A stretch of DNA of 52,017 nt, taken from the sequence record SRR2962707_859; one strand, 5' to 3'. Each line of letters starts with the position of its first letter. Position 1 is the first letter of the stretch. The notes beneath the pieces are model-generated. The model ran no database searches. It was not told the DNA's origin and was given only the letters and a program-made list of their open reading frames with translations. This document shows positions 29,281-38,799 of the stretch, one piece after another. The position numbers were made by a program, and so were the translations under genes.

Positions 29281-32200
29281 ATGACAAAACTGCTGACCCT
29301 ATTTTTGATATTTCACCTTAGCTTCTTGTATGCTCAACAAGGTGAGCTAATAATTCGACAAGGGCATACCGCCGGAATCAACATGGTGCAATATTCCCCG
29401 ACTGGTGAGTATGTCTACTCCGCCAGCGACGACAAATCCATCAAAATGTGGGATGTACAAACCGGCATAGATGTCAACACATTTAATGCGCATGAAGCTG
29501 AAGTAAAGTCGATCCAACTATCCAGAGATGGAAAGTTGATGGTGAGTGCCGACAGAGCGGGGACAATCATCCTTTGGAATGCGATTACCGGTGAGATTAA
29601 AACCAAAATCAATGCACACAATGGCTCAGCTAACACGGCCAAGCTATCCAAAGATGCCACCACAATCATCTCAGGAGGAGACGATGAAAAGTTAAAAATA
29701 TGGAGCGTGGCAGGTGACTCAATCAAAACTATAACAGGCTTCTCTGCCCCCATCATGAACCTGGCCATTTCTCCAAGTGGCGATCGGATTGTAACGGGTG
29801 GAGGTAAAAACAACGGTGTGGAAGTCAAGCTTGTGGATCCTGAAAAAGGTACCATTCTGGCTGATGCATTGGATAATGTCAAAGGATCAGGAGCAGCATT
29901 GGCTTACACCAAGGCAATCATGACCGGCTTTGCCGTGATAGGAAATGTCGCCAATGGTAGAATAGGCAAAGACATGACCACCATCTTCGTAATGACCTAC
30001 TCCAACATGGAGTTTACTAATGACGGTAAAAAAGTCCTCTTCTCTCAAAATATTTTTATCCCATTCCTAATGGAAAAAGGAGATGAGGAAGAAAATGGAA
30101 GCGCCAGTGTTTCGCTGGTAGAGCTCAGCGATGACCGGAACAATTTTGGAGAAGTCTCGAAACCCATCCGATGGAAAATCAATAATCCTCGTGGAGTCGC
30201 CGTGCTGAGCCAGGATCAAACGAAAGTCATTGTAAATGAGGAACGTTCCATTAAGGTCTACGACATTGAAAATGCGGACTTTCCAGAGCCGGGAAACAAA
30301 GAAGCAGTCAACTATGTACCACCGGTCGTTAAAGAAATTAAGAACATCACTAAAAACACCAATTGGCTGGCTCTCTCGCCGGACTACAGAACCATCGTCA
30401 CTTCCGACCAAAAGAGGCAACTCAAGCTTTGGGACTATGAAACCGGACGAAAAATCCGTGATATGGAAGGCTTTGTTCAGCCTGCCCTTGCGGTGGATGT
30501 CATGCCGGATGGCAAGCACATTTTGGTAGGTTCGCTGGATCGTGATATGACCATGTGGGACATTACCACCGGTACTCTGGTAAAAACTTTCGATCGGTCT
30601 TCGGACGTCAACCACATTGATGTATCCGCAGATGGCAATTACATGGCCACCACGGCTGTTCAAACCTCCTTTCTCAAAATCTGGAACTTCAACACCGGAC
30701 GACTTTACAAAACCCTGAAAGAAAAGAAGGACAATATTGTCTGGGTAAAATTCAACCCGGAGGATGAAGACAAAATCTGGGCACTTACGGATGCCGATGA
30801 CTTAAATGAATGGTCCATAAGTGACTTTAAAGACAAAAATTATAAGGGAGATTATCGTACGCTGGAAGACAAATTTGAGCGAGGGGAGTACTCCATTTCT
30901 TTCGATGGCTATGATGTCACTATCAAAAAAGGAGCTCAGGAAATTATTAGCGATACCCAACAAGGAGTCATCACAGATGCGGTATTCAGTATTGACTCTC
31001 GATTTGCCATCACGACCAATGAAACCGGAGAGATTGCATTATACGACCTGAAAGAAGGAAAGAAAACGATGAGCATGGCACTCATAGGTGAAAGCGGCTT
31101 TATCGCGTATACGCCGGACTTCCACTACACCTCCTCAAAAAATGCCGCCAGGGCAATTGCATTTAAAGAGGGAAACAAAGTTTTACCATTCGAGCAACTG
31201 GAGCTTAAATACAACCGGCCGGATATTATTGCTAAAACACTCGGTTATGCTCCGCAAAAGCTGATAGCCTCTTATGAAGCTGCTTACAAAAAGCGACTGA
31301 AGCGACTTGGATTTAGTGAGGGTGATCTCTCCACCTCAAATGAACTACCAAAGGTTGACGTTGACATTCTTTCCATTCCATTGGAAACAGACCAGCGAAT
31401 GCTCACTTTTTCAGCCCGGGCAAGCGATAAAAATCAATCTATAAATCGCCTGCAAGTTTATGTAAATGATGTGCCTGCCTTTGGATCAAAAGGACTGCCC
31501 GTCAATCCCTCCTCTTCCCTTAGCAAAGACATCACTGTTGAGCTGGGAAAGGACCTCAATGAAATCAAAGTGACAGCTATCAATAGCAAAGGATTGGAGT
31601 CTCTGCCGGAAACATTCGAAGTTCAGCTGACCACAGACTTTGATAAGCCTGATCTTTACCTGGTTTCCATTGGTGTTTCTCAGTATAAACAATCCCAGCA
31701 CAACCTGGCTTTTGCCGCAAAAGATGCAGCTGACATCATTTCTACCATGAAAGGCTCTTCTGAATATGAAAATGTATTTGAAAAACTCATTGTCAATCAG
31801 GAAGCTACCGATGCAAATATTCAAGACATTCGAAGCTTTGTTGAACGAGCTCAAGTCGATGATGTCGTGATGATCTTCATCGCCGGACATGGTGTATTGG
31901 ATAAAGACTACACCTATTATTTTGCTACGCACAACATGGATTTTAATAACCCGGCCAGTGGTGGGTTATCCTACGAACAGCTTCAGTCACTAATTGATGG
32001 AATCAAATGCAGAAACAAGCTTTTGATGATGGACACGTGTCATGCCGGAGAGCTGGATGAGGATGATATTGAAGAAGCTGAGGAATCCATCAGCTCGGTA
32101 GGTTCGGTTTCATTTCGTTCCACCGGATCGCTCGTAAAGCTCAAGGAAAACAGTTTTGGTCTGGATAACACGTTAGAGTTATCAAAAGCACTTTTTAGTG

Positions 32201-32469
32201 ATATGCGAAAAGGAACAGGGGCTACCGTCATTTCAGCAGCGGGCGGAACTGAGTTTGCTGCCGAAGGAGTCAACTCACAAAACGGGCTTTTCACCAGCTG
32301 CCTTATTCAGGGTTTTAGAACACGTAGAGCGGACATCAACAGGGACAGAGATTATCGTGTCTCAGAAATTCGACAGTATGTTGGTGAGCAGGTAATCCTA
32401 TTGAGCAACGGCAAACAGGTTCCTACCTCTCGTGAAGAAAATATCAAAAACGATTTCAAGATTTATTAA
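29281..32469 (+). CDS. Exported WD40-repeat protein with C-terminal caspase-like (peptidase C14) domain
   Basis: Signal peptide; GH...WD repeats; Ig-like segment; LYLVSIGVSQY, LAFAAKDA, FIAGHG (His870), MMDTCHAG (Cys920), NGLFT, QVP. Confidence 0.92.
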   Translation: MTKLLTLFLIFHLSFLYAQQGELIIRQGHTAGINMVQYSPTGEYVYSASDDKSIKMWDVQTGIDVNTFNAHEAEVKSIQLSRDGKLMVSADRAGTIILWNAITGEIKTKINAHNGSANTAKLSKDATTIISGGDDEKLKIWSVAGDSIKTITGFSAPIMNLAISPSGDRIVTGGGKNNGVEVKLVDPEKGTILADALDNVKGSGAALAYTKAIMTGFAVIGNVANGRIGKDMTTIFVMTYSNMEFTNDGKKVLFSQNIFIPFLMEKGDEEENGSASVSLVELSDDRNNFGEVSKPIRWKINNPRGVAVLSQDQTKVIVNEERSIKVYDIENADFPEPGNKEAVNYVPPVVKEIKNITKNTNWLALSPDYRTIVTSDQKRQLKLWDYETGRKIRDMEGFVQPALAVDVMPDGKHILVGSLDRDMTMWDITTGTLVKTFDRSSDVNHIDVSADGNYMATTAVQTSFLKIWNFNTGRLYKTLKEKKDNIVWVKFNPEDEDKIWALTDADDLNEWSISDFKDKNYKGDYRTLEDKFERGEYSISFDGYDVTIKKGAQEIISDTQQGVITDAVFSIDSRFAITTNETGEIALYDLKEGKKTMSMALIGESGFIAYTPDFHYTSSKNAARAIAFKEGNKVLPFEQLELKYNRPDIIAKTLGYAPQKLIASYEAAYKKRLKRLGFSEGDLSTSNELPKVDVDILSIPLETDQRMLTFSARASDKNQSINRLQVYVNDVPAFGSKGLPVNPSSSLSKDITVELGKDLNEIKVTAINSKGLESLPETFEVQLTTDFDKPDLYLVSIGVSQYKQSQHNLAFAAKDAADIISTMKGSSEYENVFEKLIVNQEATDANIQDIRSFVERAQVDDVVMIFIAGHGVLDKDYTYYFATHNMDFNNPASGGLSYEQLQSLIDGIKCRNKLLMMDTCHAGELDEDDIEEAEESISSVGSVSFRSTGSLVKLKENSFGLDNTLELSKALFSDMRKGTGATVISAAGGTEFAAEGVNSQNGLFTSCLIQGFRTRRADINRDRDYRVSEIRQYVGEQVILLSNGKQVPTSREENIKNDFKIY

Positions 32470-32472
32470 GCG

Positions 32473-33249
32473 ATGAGATATTTAGTGATTGTACTCGTAT
32501 TCCTCACTTTTCAAGGTCAAAGCCAATACACCGTCATTCATACGATAGGTAAAATCTATGATATGCAAGCCGGAAAGTATCTAGCAAAAGGCTCAAAAGT
32601 AGATGAAGGAGCAAAACTCAGGTTTGATTCCAATGGAGCCAGAGCCGCAGTATTAAGTTCTTCGAGAGGAAGGTTTGTCATTCAAAAAAACCAATCTTCA
32701 GATTCTCAAAGTGACGCTGTTTATGCATTAACTACAGTCATCTCTCCTGTTCGTGGTAGACTGAGCACACGTTCCGGCTCCATAAATAACCTAATGGATT
32801 TTCAAAAGCACTTTAATGAAGGAACCATCGCGCTGGTAGGGAAATCCTATCAGGTCAGTGTGTCTCCCAGTGCTTTTCCTATGTCCGAATCGAGATTTTT
32901 TTATGCTCAGTTCCTCTATGGTGATGAAACGATCAACAAAAAGCTTGGAAGTGATGAGGACAATTTGATCATCAATTTGAATGAATTCTTTTCAGTGGAT
33001 GGCGACCCAATAGAAGCCACTTCGATCAGTGATGTAAAGCTTTTTTACTACGATGCTGGTAAAGGCACTTCAAAATTCATCACTGATATGAATATCACAT
33101 ATGTATCAGATGAAATCCTCAAGTCTTTAGTTAATGAGTTTCCCAAAGACCCTAAGGAACCGGTGCTTGAGCTGATCAATTCCATGTTTGGAAAATGCAC
33201 GGAAGAGCAGATAAGTCAGGCGATTTCAGCAGTGAATGACGGAAGGTGA
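32473..33249 (+). CDS. Exported hypothetical protein, candidate caspase partner/substrate
   Basis: Signal peptide; 3 nt after the caspase stop; overlaps the next gene by 4 nt; LSTRSG linker motif. Confidence 0.75.
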   Translation: MRYLVIVLVFLTFQGQSQYTVIHTIGKIYDMQAGKYLAKGSKVDEGAKLRFDSNGARAAVLSSSRGRFVIQKNQSSDSQSDAVYALTTVISPVRGRLSTRSGSINNLMDFQKHFNEGTIALVGKSYQVSVSPSAFPMSESRFFYAQFLYGDETINKKLGSDEDNLIINLNEFFSVDGDPIEATSISDVKLFYYDAGKGTSKFITDMNITYVSDEILKSLVNEFPKDPKEPVLELINSMFGKCTEEQISQAISAVNDGR

Positions 33250-34406
33250 AGAAGTGGATTCTCATATTGCTGATTGCTGCCAATACCTTAGTGATGATGG
33301 CCCTCACCTTTTATTTGATGAAGCTGCCGTGGCTGGCCGGCGATGAAAAGTTTTTGATTTGGAGTACCTCAGCATTAGAATTTGTCAATCGAGAACCTCC
33401 TGATTCTGAAAGCTTTGCACTCATCAACACTTCTTATGATTTGAACTTGATCGACCGCTATGACGAGTTTGGTTTTCCGGTAGGAAACCAGGCCATAACG
33501 GATCGCCAAAAATTGGCTCAATTTCTAAAAGTCATTAATACCAATAATAGAAAGCCCAAATATGTCATTATCGACATTCACTTTGTTGATTCATCTGATT
33601 TTGATGATGAGCTAGCTGCCCAGCTTAACCGAATGGATAATGTCATTTTATCCGCACACATTAATGAGTTCGGTGAATTAGAAAAACCCTTATTCGAAGA
33701 GGTGAATTACGGCATATCTGATTATCTGATCGGCAGTGCTTTTGATGGAATCTATAAATACCAACTCATCTTCAATGACACGTCCAAGCTCCTTCCACTC
33801 AAAGTACATGAAGCAATCAATAATGTTCAAAGCTCCAAAATCGGACCTTTTGTGAAGGTTGGGGACAGGTGGACCATGAATAATTTCATCATGAACTACA
33901 GGGTGCTGCAAAAAGATATTTATGATATGGAAGCAGGGTTCAATCCAGTAAGCCTGGGGGAATTACTGTACTTATCCGAACAGGACATTCAAGACTTTAC
34001 CGTCAATAAAATTGTGATCATTGGTGATTTTTTTGAAAACGATATGCATGAGACAGTAGTGGAAATCACCTCCGGCCCACTGATTCTATTAAATGCACTT
34101 TTGACCATTCAGAATGGCGACACAGTGGTGAATGCCTGGCTTTTGCTACTCCTCGTGACAGCATATGCACTTCTTAGCTACCTGGTTTTTGTAGAAGGGG
34201 ATCTGATAGAAAAGCGGATCAATAACATCGCAGGAAAAAAACTAACCAGATATCTGGCGGGTTTTGCCAGCTATTTTATTCTGCTTACCATGCTATCCAT
34301 CATCACCTATTCGCTATTTAACATTCACATTAACGTGTTTTTTATAGCTATTGCTTTCTATGTCGTTGACAGAATTACAGGAGTCGTATTGTCCCGAAGA
34401 TCTTAA
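33246..34406 (+). CDS. CHASE2-like sensor membrane protein without output domain
   Basis: N-terminal TM; TDRQKLAQFL, PKYVIIDIHF, KIVIIGD...DMHET, SGPLILLNALLTI; three C-terminal TMs, then stop. Confidence 0.8.
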   Translation: MKKWILILLIAANTLVMMALTFYLMKLPWLAGDEKFLIWSTSALEFVNREPPDSESFALINTSYDLNLIDRYDEFGFPVGNQAITDRQKLAQFLKVINTNNRKPKYVIIDIHFVDSSDFDDELAAQLNRMDNVILSAHINEFGELEKPLFEEVNYGISDYLIGSAFDGIYKYQLIFNDTSKLLPLKVHEAINNVQSSKIGPFVKVGDRWTMNNFIMNYRVLQKDIYDMEAGFNPVSLGELLYLSEQDIQDFTVNKIVIIGDFFENDMHETVVEITSGPLILLNALLTIQNGDTVVNAWLLLLLVTAYALLSYLVFVEGDLIEKRINNIAGKKLTRYLAGFASYFILLTMLSIITYSLFNIHINVFFIAIAFYVVDRITGVVLSRRS

Positions 34407-34439
34407 TCATGAGTTTTAGGTGAGACTAATTCATGACTG

Positions 34440-34470
34440 AAGCCCCGGCTACCTTTTGTCGGGGTTTTTT
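34440..34470 (+). terminator. Intrinsic terminator closing the caspase-CHASE2 unit
   Basis: AAGCCCCGGC-TACCTTTT-GTCGGGGTTT plus a T run. Confidence 0.8.
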
Positions 34471-34525
34471 ATTGCCTCCCGGCCTATTTGCCTATTATTG
34501 CATACTAATTCAATCATACCATTTT

Positions 34526-35515
34526 ATGGCAGAAGTACGACACAACTGGACCCTTGAAGAAATAGCTGACATCTACAATCGCCCATTGATGGAATTGGTA
34601 TTTGAGGCGGCAACCATACACCGAAAATATCACGATCCAAAAGAAGTACAGGTGAGTAGCCTGATCTCAATAAAAACCGGCGGATGTCCGGAAGATTGTG
34701 CGTATTGCCCACAGGCAGCACGCTACCACACAGATATCAAAGTGCATAAACTGATGGAAGTGGATGAGGTGCGTGCCCAGGCCGAATCGGCTAAAGCAAA
34801 CGGTGCTTCCAGAATGTGCTTAGGTGCTGCATGGAGAGAGGTTCGGGATAACAGAGATTTTGATAAGGTGCTGGACATGGTGAAAACCGTGAACAGCATG
34901 GACATGGAAGTATGCTGTACCCTTGGAATGGTGTCAGAAGATCAGGCCAAAAAGCTCGCTGATGCCGGACTTTATGCCTATAATCACAACATCGATACCT
35001 CGGAAGCATATTATGATGACATCATCGGTACACGGGAATATGACGATCGTTTGAAGACGATCGATAATGTAAGAAAAGCAAAAATTACGGTTTGTTCCGG
35101 AGGAATCATTGGAATGGGTGAGTCTGCCGAAGACCGCATGGGTATGCTTCTGACTCTTGCTACTATGGAAGTCCACCCGGAATCTGTTCCAATCAATGCA
35201 TTGGTGCCGGTTGAAGGAACACCTCTGGCTGAGCAACCGCGTGTAGCCGCACATGAGTTGATCCGTATGATTGCAACAGCTAGATTGGTGATGCCGGCAT
35301 CTGTCGTGAGGCTATCCGCTGGAAGGGAAGGAATGAGCCTCACCGAGCAGGCACTTTGCTTCATGGCTGGAGCTAATTCTATTTTCGCCGGAGATAAGCT
35401 GCTGACTACACCAAACCCAGACTTCAATGATGACAAGGAGATGTTTGATTTGTTGGGGTTGGTACCAAGAGAGGCTTTCAAAGGCAAAAAGAAAGAGACT
35501 GAGGTAGAAGTATAA
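34526..35515 (+). CDS. bioB: Biotin synthase
   Basis: [14 protein letters not shown] radical SAM motif, YNHNIDT, CSGGIIG, SVPIN, RLSAGR. Start MAEVRHNW. Confidence 0.97.
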   Translation: MAEVRHNWTLEEIADIYNRPLMELVFEAATIHRKYHDPKEVQVSSLISIKTGGCPEDCAYCPQAARYHTDIKVHKLMEVDEVRAQAESAKANGASRMCLGAAWREVRDNRDFDKVLDMVKTVNSMDMEVCCTLGMVSEDQAKKLADAGLYAYNHNIDTSEAYYDDIIGTREYDDRLKTIDNVRKAKITVCSGGIIGMGESAEDRMGMLLTLATMEVHPESVPINALVPVEGTPLAEQPRVAAHELIRMIATARLVMPASVVRLSAGREGMSLTEQALCFMAGANSIFAGDKLLTTPNPDFNDDKEMFDLLGLVPREAFKGKKKETEVEV

Positions 35516-35516
35516 T

Positions 35517-35541
35517 TTTTCCCTTGAGGGGGTTAGGGGTG
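35517..35541 (+). repeat. C/G-rich REP-like palindrome at the bioB-bioF junction
   Basis: TTTTCCCTTGAGGGGGTTAGGGGTG resembles the unit at 36695-36719. Confidence 0.6.
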
Positions 35542-35543
35542 AA

Positions 35544-36653
35544 ATGAACAGCTACCAAAAAGCACTCGAAGAACGAAAAAAGCAACATCTTTTGCGTTCT
35601 CTTCCCCTCGTGCCCGAGGGAATTGATTTTTATTCCAACGACTATCTGGGACTCGCAAAGAATCAAAACCTCAAACTGACTATTGAAAGTGAATTCAAAA
35701 GCGCACCGGTAGCAAATGGAGCAACAGGTTCCCGACTCCTAAGTGGTAATTCCGAATATGCAGAGCAGGTAGAACAACAAATTGCCGATTTTCATCATGC
35801 GGAAAGTGCGTTGGTTTATCCCTCTGGGTACACCGCCAATCTAGGTCTAATTTCTTCCCTCGCTACAAAACAAACTACGCTTATTTGTGATGAACTTATT
35901 CATGCCAGCCTAATTGATGGAGTCCGTCTGGGAAAATCAGATAAAGTACGATTCAAGCACAATCAAATGGATGACCTGGAAGAAAAACTTGAGAAAACAA
36001 GTGGTCAAAAGATTGTGATAGTAGAATCTGTCTATTCAATGGATGGAGATATCTGTCCGTTGGAAAAAATTGCTGTTCTGTGTGAGAAAAAGGATGCCAT
36101 GCTCATTGTAGATGAGGCTCATGCCATTGGCATTTATGGCGATGATGGGAGTGGCCTTGTTCAGTCATTAGAATTGGAAGGCGGTTTACTGGCAAGAATC
36201 ATGACGTATGGTAAAGCTCCCGGTATTCATGGAGCAGCAGTGGTTGGACCCAAATGGCTGAAGGAATACCAAACAAACTTTTCACGGTCTTTAATATTTT
36301 CAACGGCTCCCACGCCACACCAATTTGCAAGTATTTCTGGGATGTACTCATACCTTTCAAAGGTTAATGGAGAAAGAAAACAACTTTTCGAGGTGGTGAA
36401 TTATTTCATCTCTAAAAGGGAAAAACATAGTACTAGTTGGCTCCCTTCTGAGACTCACATTCAATCACTCATCATTCCAGGTAATGCCGCCGTAATTGAG
36501 GTCGCTGACAAGCTGAAAGATGCAGGAATCAATGCGCTACCGATCCGTAAACCAAGTGTGCCAGAGGGGAAAGAACGTATTCGCTTCTGCCTACATGCCT
36601 ACAATACTAAAAGGGAGATAGATTTGCTATTTAAGACTTTAACATCCCCCTGA
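35544..36653 (+). CDS. bioF: 8-amino-7-oxononanoate synthase
   Basis: FYSNDYLGL, GSRLLSGN, SGYTAN, HASLIDG, SMDGD, DEAHA, TYGKA. Confidence 0.93.
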   Translation: MNSYQKALEERKKQHLLRSLPLVPEGIDFYSNDYLGLAKNQNLKLTIESEFKSAPVANGATGSRLLSGNSEYAEQVEQQIADFHHAESALVYPSGYTANLGLISSLATKQTTLICDELIHASLIDGVRLGKSDKVRFKHNQMDDLEEKLEKTSGQKIVIVESVYSMDGDICPLEKIAVLCEKKDAMLIVDEAHAIGIYGDDGSGLVQSLELEGGLLARIMTYGKAPGIHGAAVVGPKWLKEYQTNFSRSLIFSTAPTPHQFASISGMYSYLSKVNGERKQLFEVVNYFISKREKHSTSWLPSETHIQSLIIPGNAAVIEVADKLKDAGINALPIRKPSVPEGKERIRFCLHAYNTKREIDLLFKTLTSP

Positions 36654-36719
36654 CCCCCTTCAAAGGGGGAATAATAATAGTCGAGAGGGGAATGTCCCCT
36701 TTAGGGGACTACAGGGGTG
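36644..36719. repeat. Inverted pair of C/G-rich REP-like palindromes at the bioF-bioD junction
   Basis: ATCCCCCTGACCCCCTTCAAAGGGGGAAT ... TCCCCTTTAGGGGACTACAGGGGTG. Confidence 0.75.
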
Positions 36720-36732
36720 TTCCAAGAAAATC

Positions 36733-37338
36733 ATGAAACAAAAAATAATTGTAGCAGGCATAGATACCGACATAGGCAAAACAGTTGCTTCAGCTATCCT
36801 ATGCAAAGCACTTAATGCAGACTATTGGAAACCAGTTCAGGCAGGAGATCTGGAAAACACCGATTCGCACAAAGTGAAACGGTGGAGTCCGGAGACCATT
36901 ATTCATTCGGAAGCCTATCGACTGACTCAGCCTATGTCGCCTCATGCTGCTGCAGCGATAGATCAATTGGAAATTGATGAAGACAAACTGCAAATTCCTG
37001 AAACAGAAAATAACCTTATTATTGAATTAGCAGGCGGACTAATGGTGCCCATGCGTGAAGATTACCTGAATATCGATTGGGTGGCCAGCACCGGACTGCC
37101 GGTCATTTTGGTTTCTAATTATTACCTGGGTAGCATTAACCACACCCTTCTTTCACTGTATGCATTGAAAAGCCGAAACATCCCTTTGCTCGGAATCATT
37201 TTCAATGGTGAAAAAAATCCCTCTACATTTGACGTCATCATGAACAGATCAGGTGCAAAATGCCTATTGGAGATCAATAAAGAAGAGGAGATCAATAAAG
37301 AAGTAGTAGCACAGTATGCAAAACAACTCACCGTCTAA
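36733..37338 (+). CDS. bioD: Dethiobiotin synthase
   Basis: GIDTDIGKT, YWKPVQAG, SPH.AA, ELAGGLMVP, LGSINHT. Confidence 0.96.
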   Translation: MKQKIIVAGIDTDIGKTVASAILCKALNADYWKPVQAGDLENTDSHKVKRWSPETIIHSEAYRLTQPMSPHAAAAIDQLEIDEDKLQIPETENNLIIELAGGLMVPMREDYLNIDWVASTGLPVILVSNYYLGSINHTLLSLYALKSRNIPLLGIIFNGEKNPSTFDVIMNRSGAKCLLEINKEEEINKEVVAQYAKQLTV

Positions 37339-38647
37339 TGTAGATAATTTCCCCCTTTGGAGGGGGACAGGGGAAGGATTCGAAGAAGACATCAATTTCG
37401 ATCAAAACCACATTTGGCACCCTTATACCTCACTTACTAAGCCATTACCTACTTACCCGGTTGTTTCCGCATCCGGTGTTCGGCTCCAACTCGCCGACGG
37501 CAAAGAACTGGTAGATGGCATGTCCAGCTGGTGGACAGCTATCCATGGATATAATGTTCCCGAGTTGAATGAAGCTGCAAATGAACAGCTACAAAAAATG
37601 GCTCATGTCATGTTCGGTGGAATCACGCATGAGCCTGCGATCAAACTCTGCCAAAAGTTGGTAGAAATCACTCCTGAAGGATTGGAGAAAGTCTTCCTGG
37701 CAGATTCCGGATCAGTATCTGTAGAGGTGGCGATGAAAATGGCAATCCAATACCAGCATGCAAAAGGGCAGGCACAGAAAAATAAATTCATGACCATTCG
37801 AAACGGCTACCATGGTGATACAACAGGTGCCATGTCTGTCTGTGATCCGGAGGGGGGAATGCATCATTTATTCTCGGAGTTTCTGCCGAAGCATGTTTTT
37901 GTCAATCAACCCAATAAACGATTCGATGAGTCTTGCGAAGAGGAAGATTATGCTGCGCTCGAACAAGCCTTTCGATTGAATGCGGACAAATGTGCTGCTT
38001 TCATTTTGGAACCTATTGTACAGGGAGCTGGTGGCATGTGGTTTTATTCTCCGAACTATTTAGAGAGGATCCGGGAACTCTGCAGTCAGCATGATATGCT
38101 GCTTATCGCCGATGAAATCGCCACGGGATTCGGACGAACAGGTAAATTATTTGCCTGTGAACATGCGGGTATCTCACCTGATATCATGTGTGTAGGTAAA
38201 GCATTGACGGGAGGATACATGACATTAGCAGCAACACTTACTACGCAACATGTGGCAGAGACTGTTTGCAATGGAGAAGCAGGCGTATTTATGCATGGGC
38301 CTACATTCATGGGTAACCCGCTGGCTTGCGCGATAGCCAATAGAAGTCTTGAATTATTGCTTGAATGCAATTGGCAAGAAAGAATCAGCACCATTGAAAG
38401 GCAACTGAAGCGTGAGCTTCTTCCTATTGGAAATGCTCTGAAAGTAAAAGATGTTCGTGTACTTGGAGCAATCGGTGTGGTGGAGATGAACGAATCCGTA
38501 GATGTATCTGCAGCACAAAAGTTCTTTGTAGAAAATGGTGTTTGGATTCGGCCATTCAGGAATCTCATTTATATCATGCCTCCTTATGTGATTGCAAAAG
38601 AAGATTTGCAGCATCTGACTGCCACCATTACCGATTACGTTGTTTAA
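37316..38647 (+). CDS. bioA: Adenosylmethionine--8-amino-7-oxononanoate aminotransferase
   Basis: IWHPYT, DGMSSWW, DSGSVSVEVAMK, YHGDT, DEIATGFGRTG, GKALTGGY, HGPTFMGNP. Confidence 0.96.
   Translation: MQNNSPSNVDNFPLWRGTGEGFEEDINFDQNHIWHPYTSLTKPLPTYPVVSASGVRLQLADGKELVDGMSSWWTAIHGYNVPELNEAANEQLQKMAHVMFGGITHEPAIKLCQKLVEITPEGLEKVFLADSGSVSVEVAMKMAIQYQHAKGQAQKNKFMTIRNGYHGDTTGAMSVCDPEGGMHHLFSEFLPKHVFVNQPNKRFDESCEEEDYAALEQAFRLNADKCAAFILEPIVQGAGGMWFYSPNYLERIRELCSQHDMLLIADEIATGFGRTGKLFACEHAGISPDIMCVGKALTGGYMTLAATLTTQHVAETVCNGEAGVFMHGPTFMGNPLACAIANRSLELLLECNWQERISTIERQLKRELLPIGNALKVKDVRVLGAIGVVEMNESVDVSAAQKFFVENGVWIRPFRNLIYIMPPYVIAKEDLQHLTATITDYVV
37349..37377 (+). repeat. REP-like palindrome inside the 5' end of bioA
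   Basis: TTCCCCCTTTGGAGGGGGACAGGGG differs at 2 positions from the reverse complement of 36647-36671 (TTCCCCCTTTGAAGGGGGTCAGGGG). Confidence 0.8.
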
Positions 38648-38799
38648 GATAAGCCCTGTTTTAATTCCGTGATCAATCGAAAAAATGGTGATTATTTGAG
38701 GTTAAAAATCTTCTGGAAACAATCAGAATCAAAATTTGTGTAAATTAATCTCCATTCAGCGCCTGTATCGATTCTTTTCTGAAACGGTAACAACTACTT

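Noticed and set aside
29281-34406. Caspase as part of a gasdermin or CRISPR-linked death module
   Set aside because: It has a signal peptide, and no gasdermin-, NLR- or Cas-like neighbour is recognisable.
34433-34525. N-terminal extension of bioB
   Set aside because: It runs through a terminator hairpin; family similarity begins at 34526.
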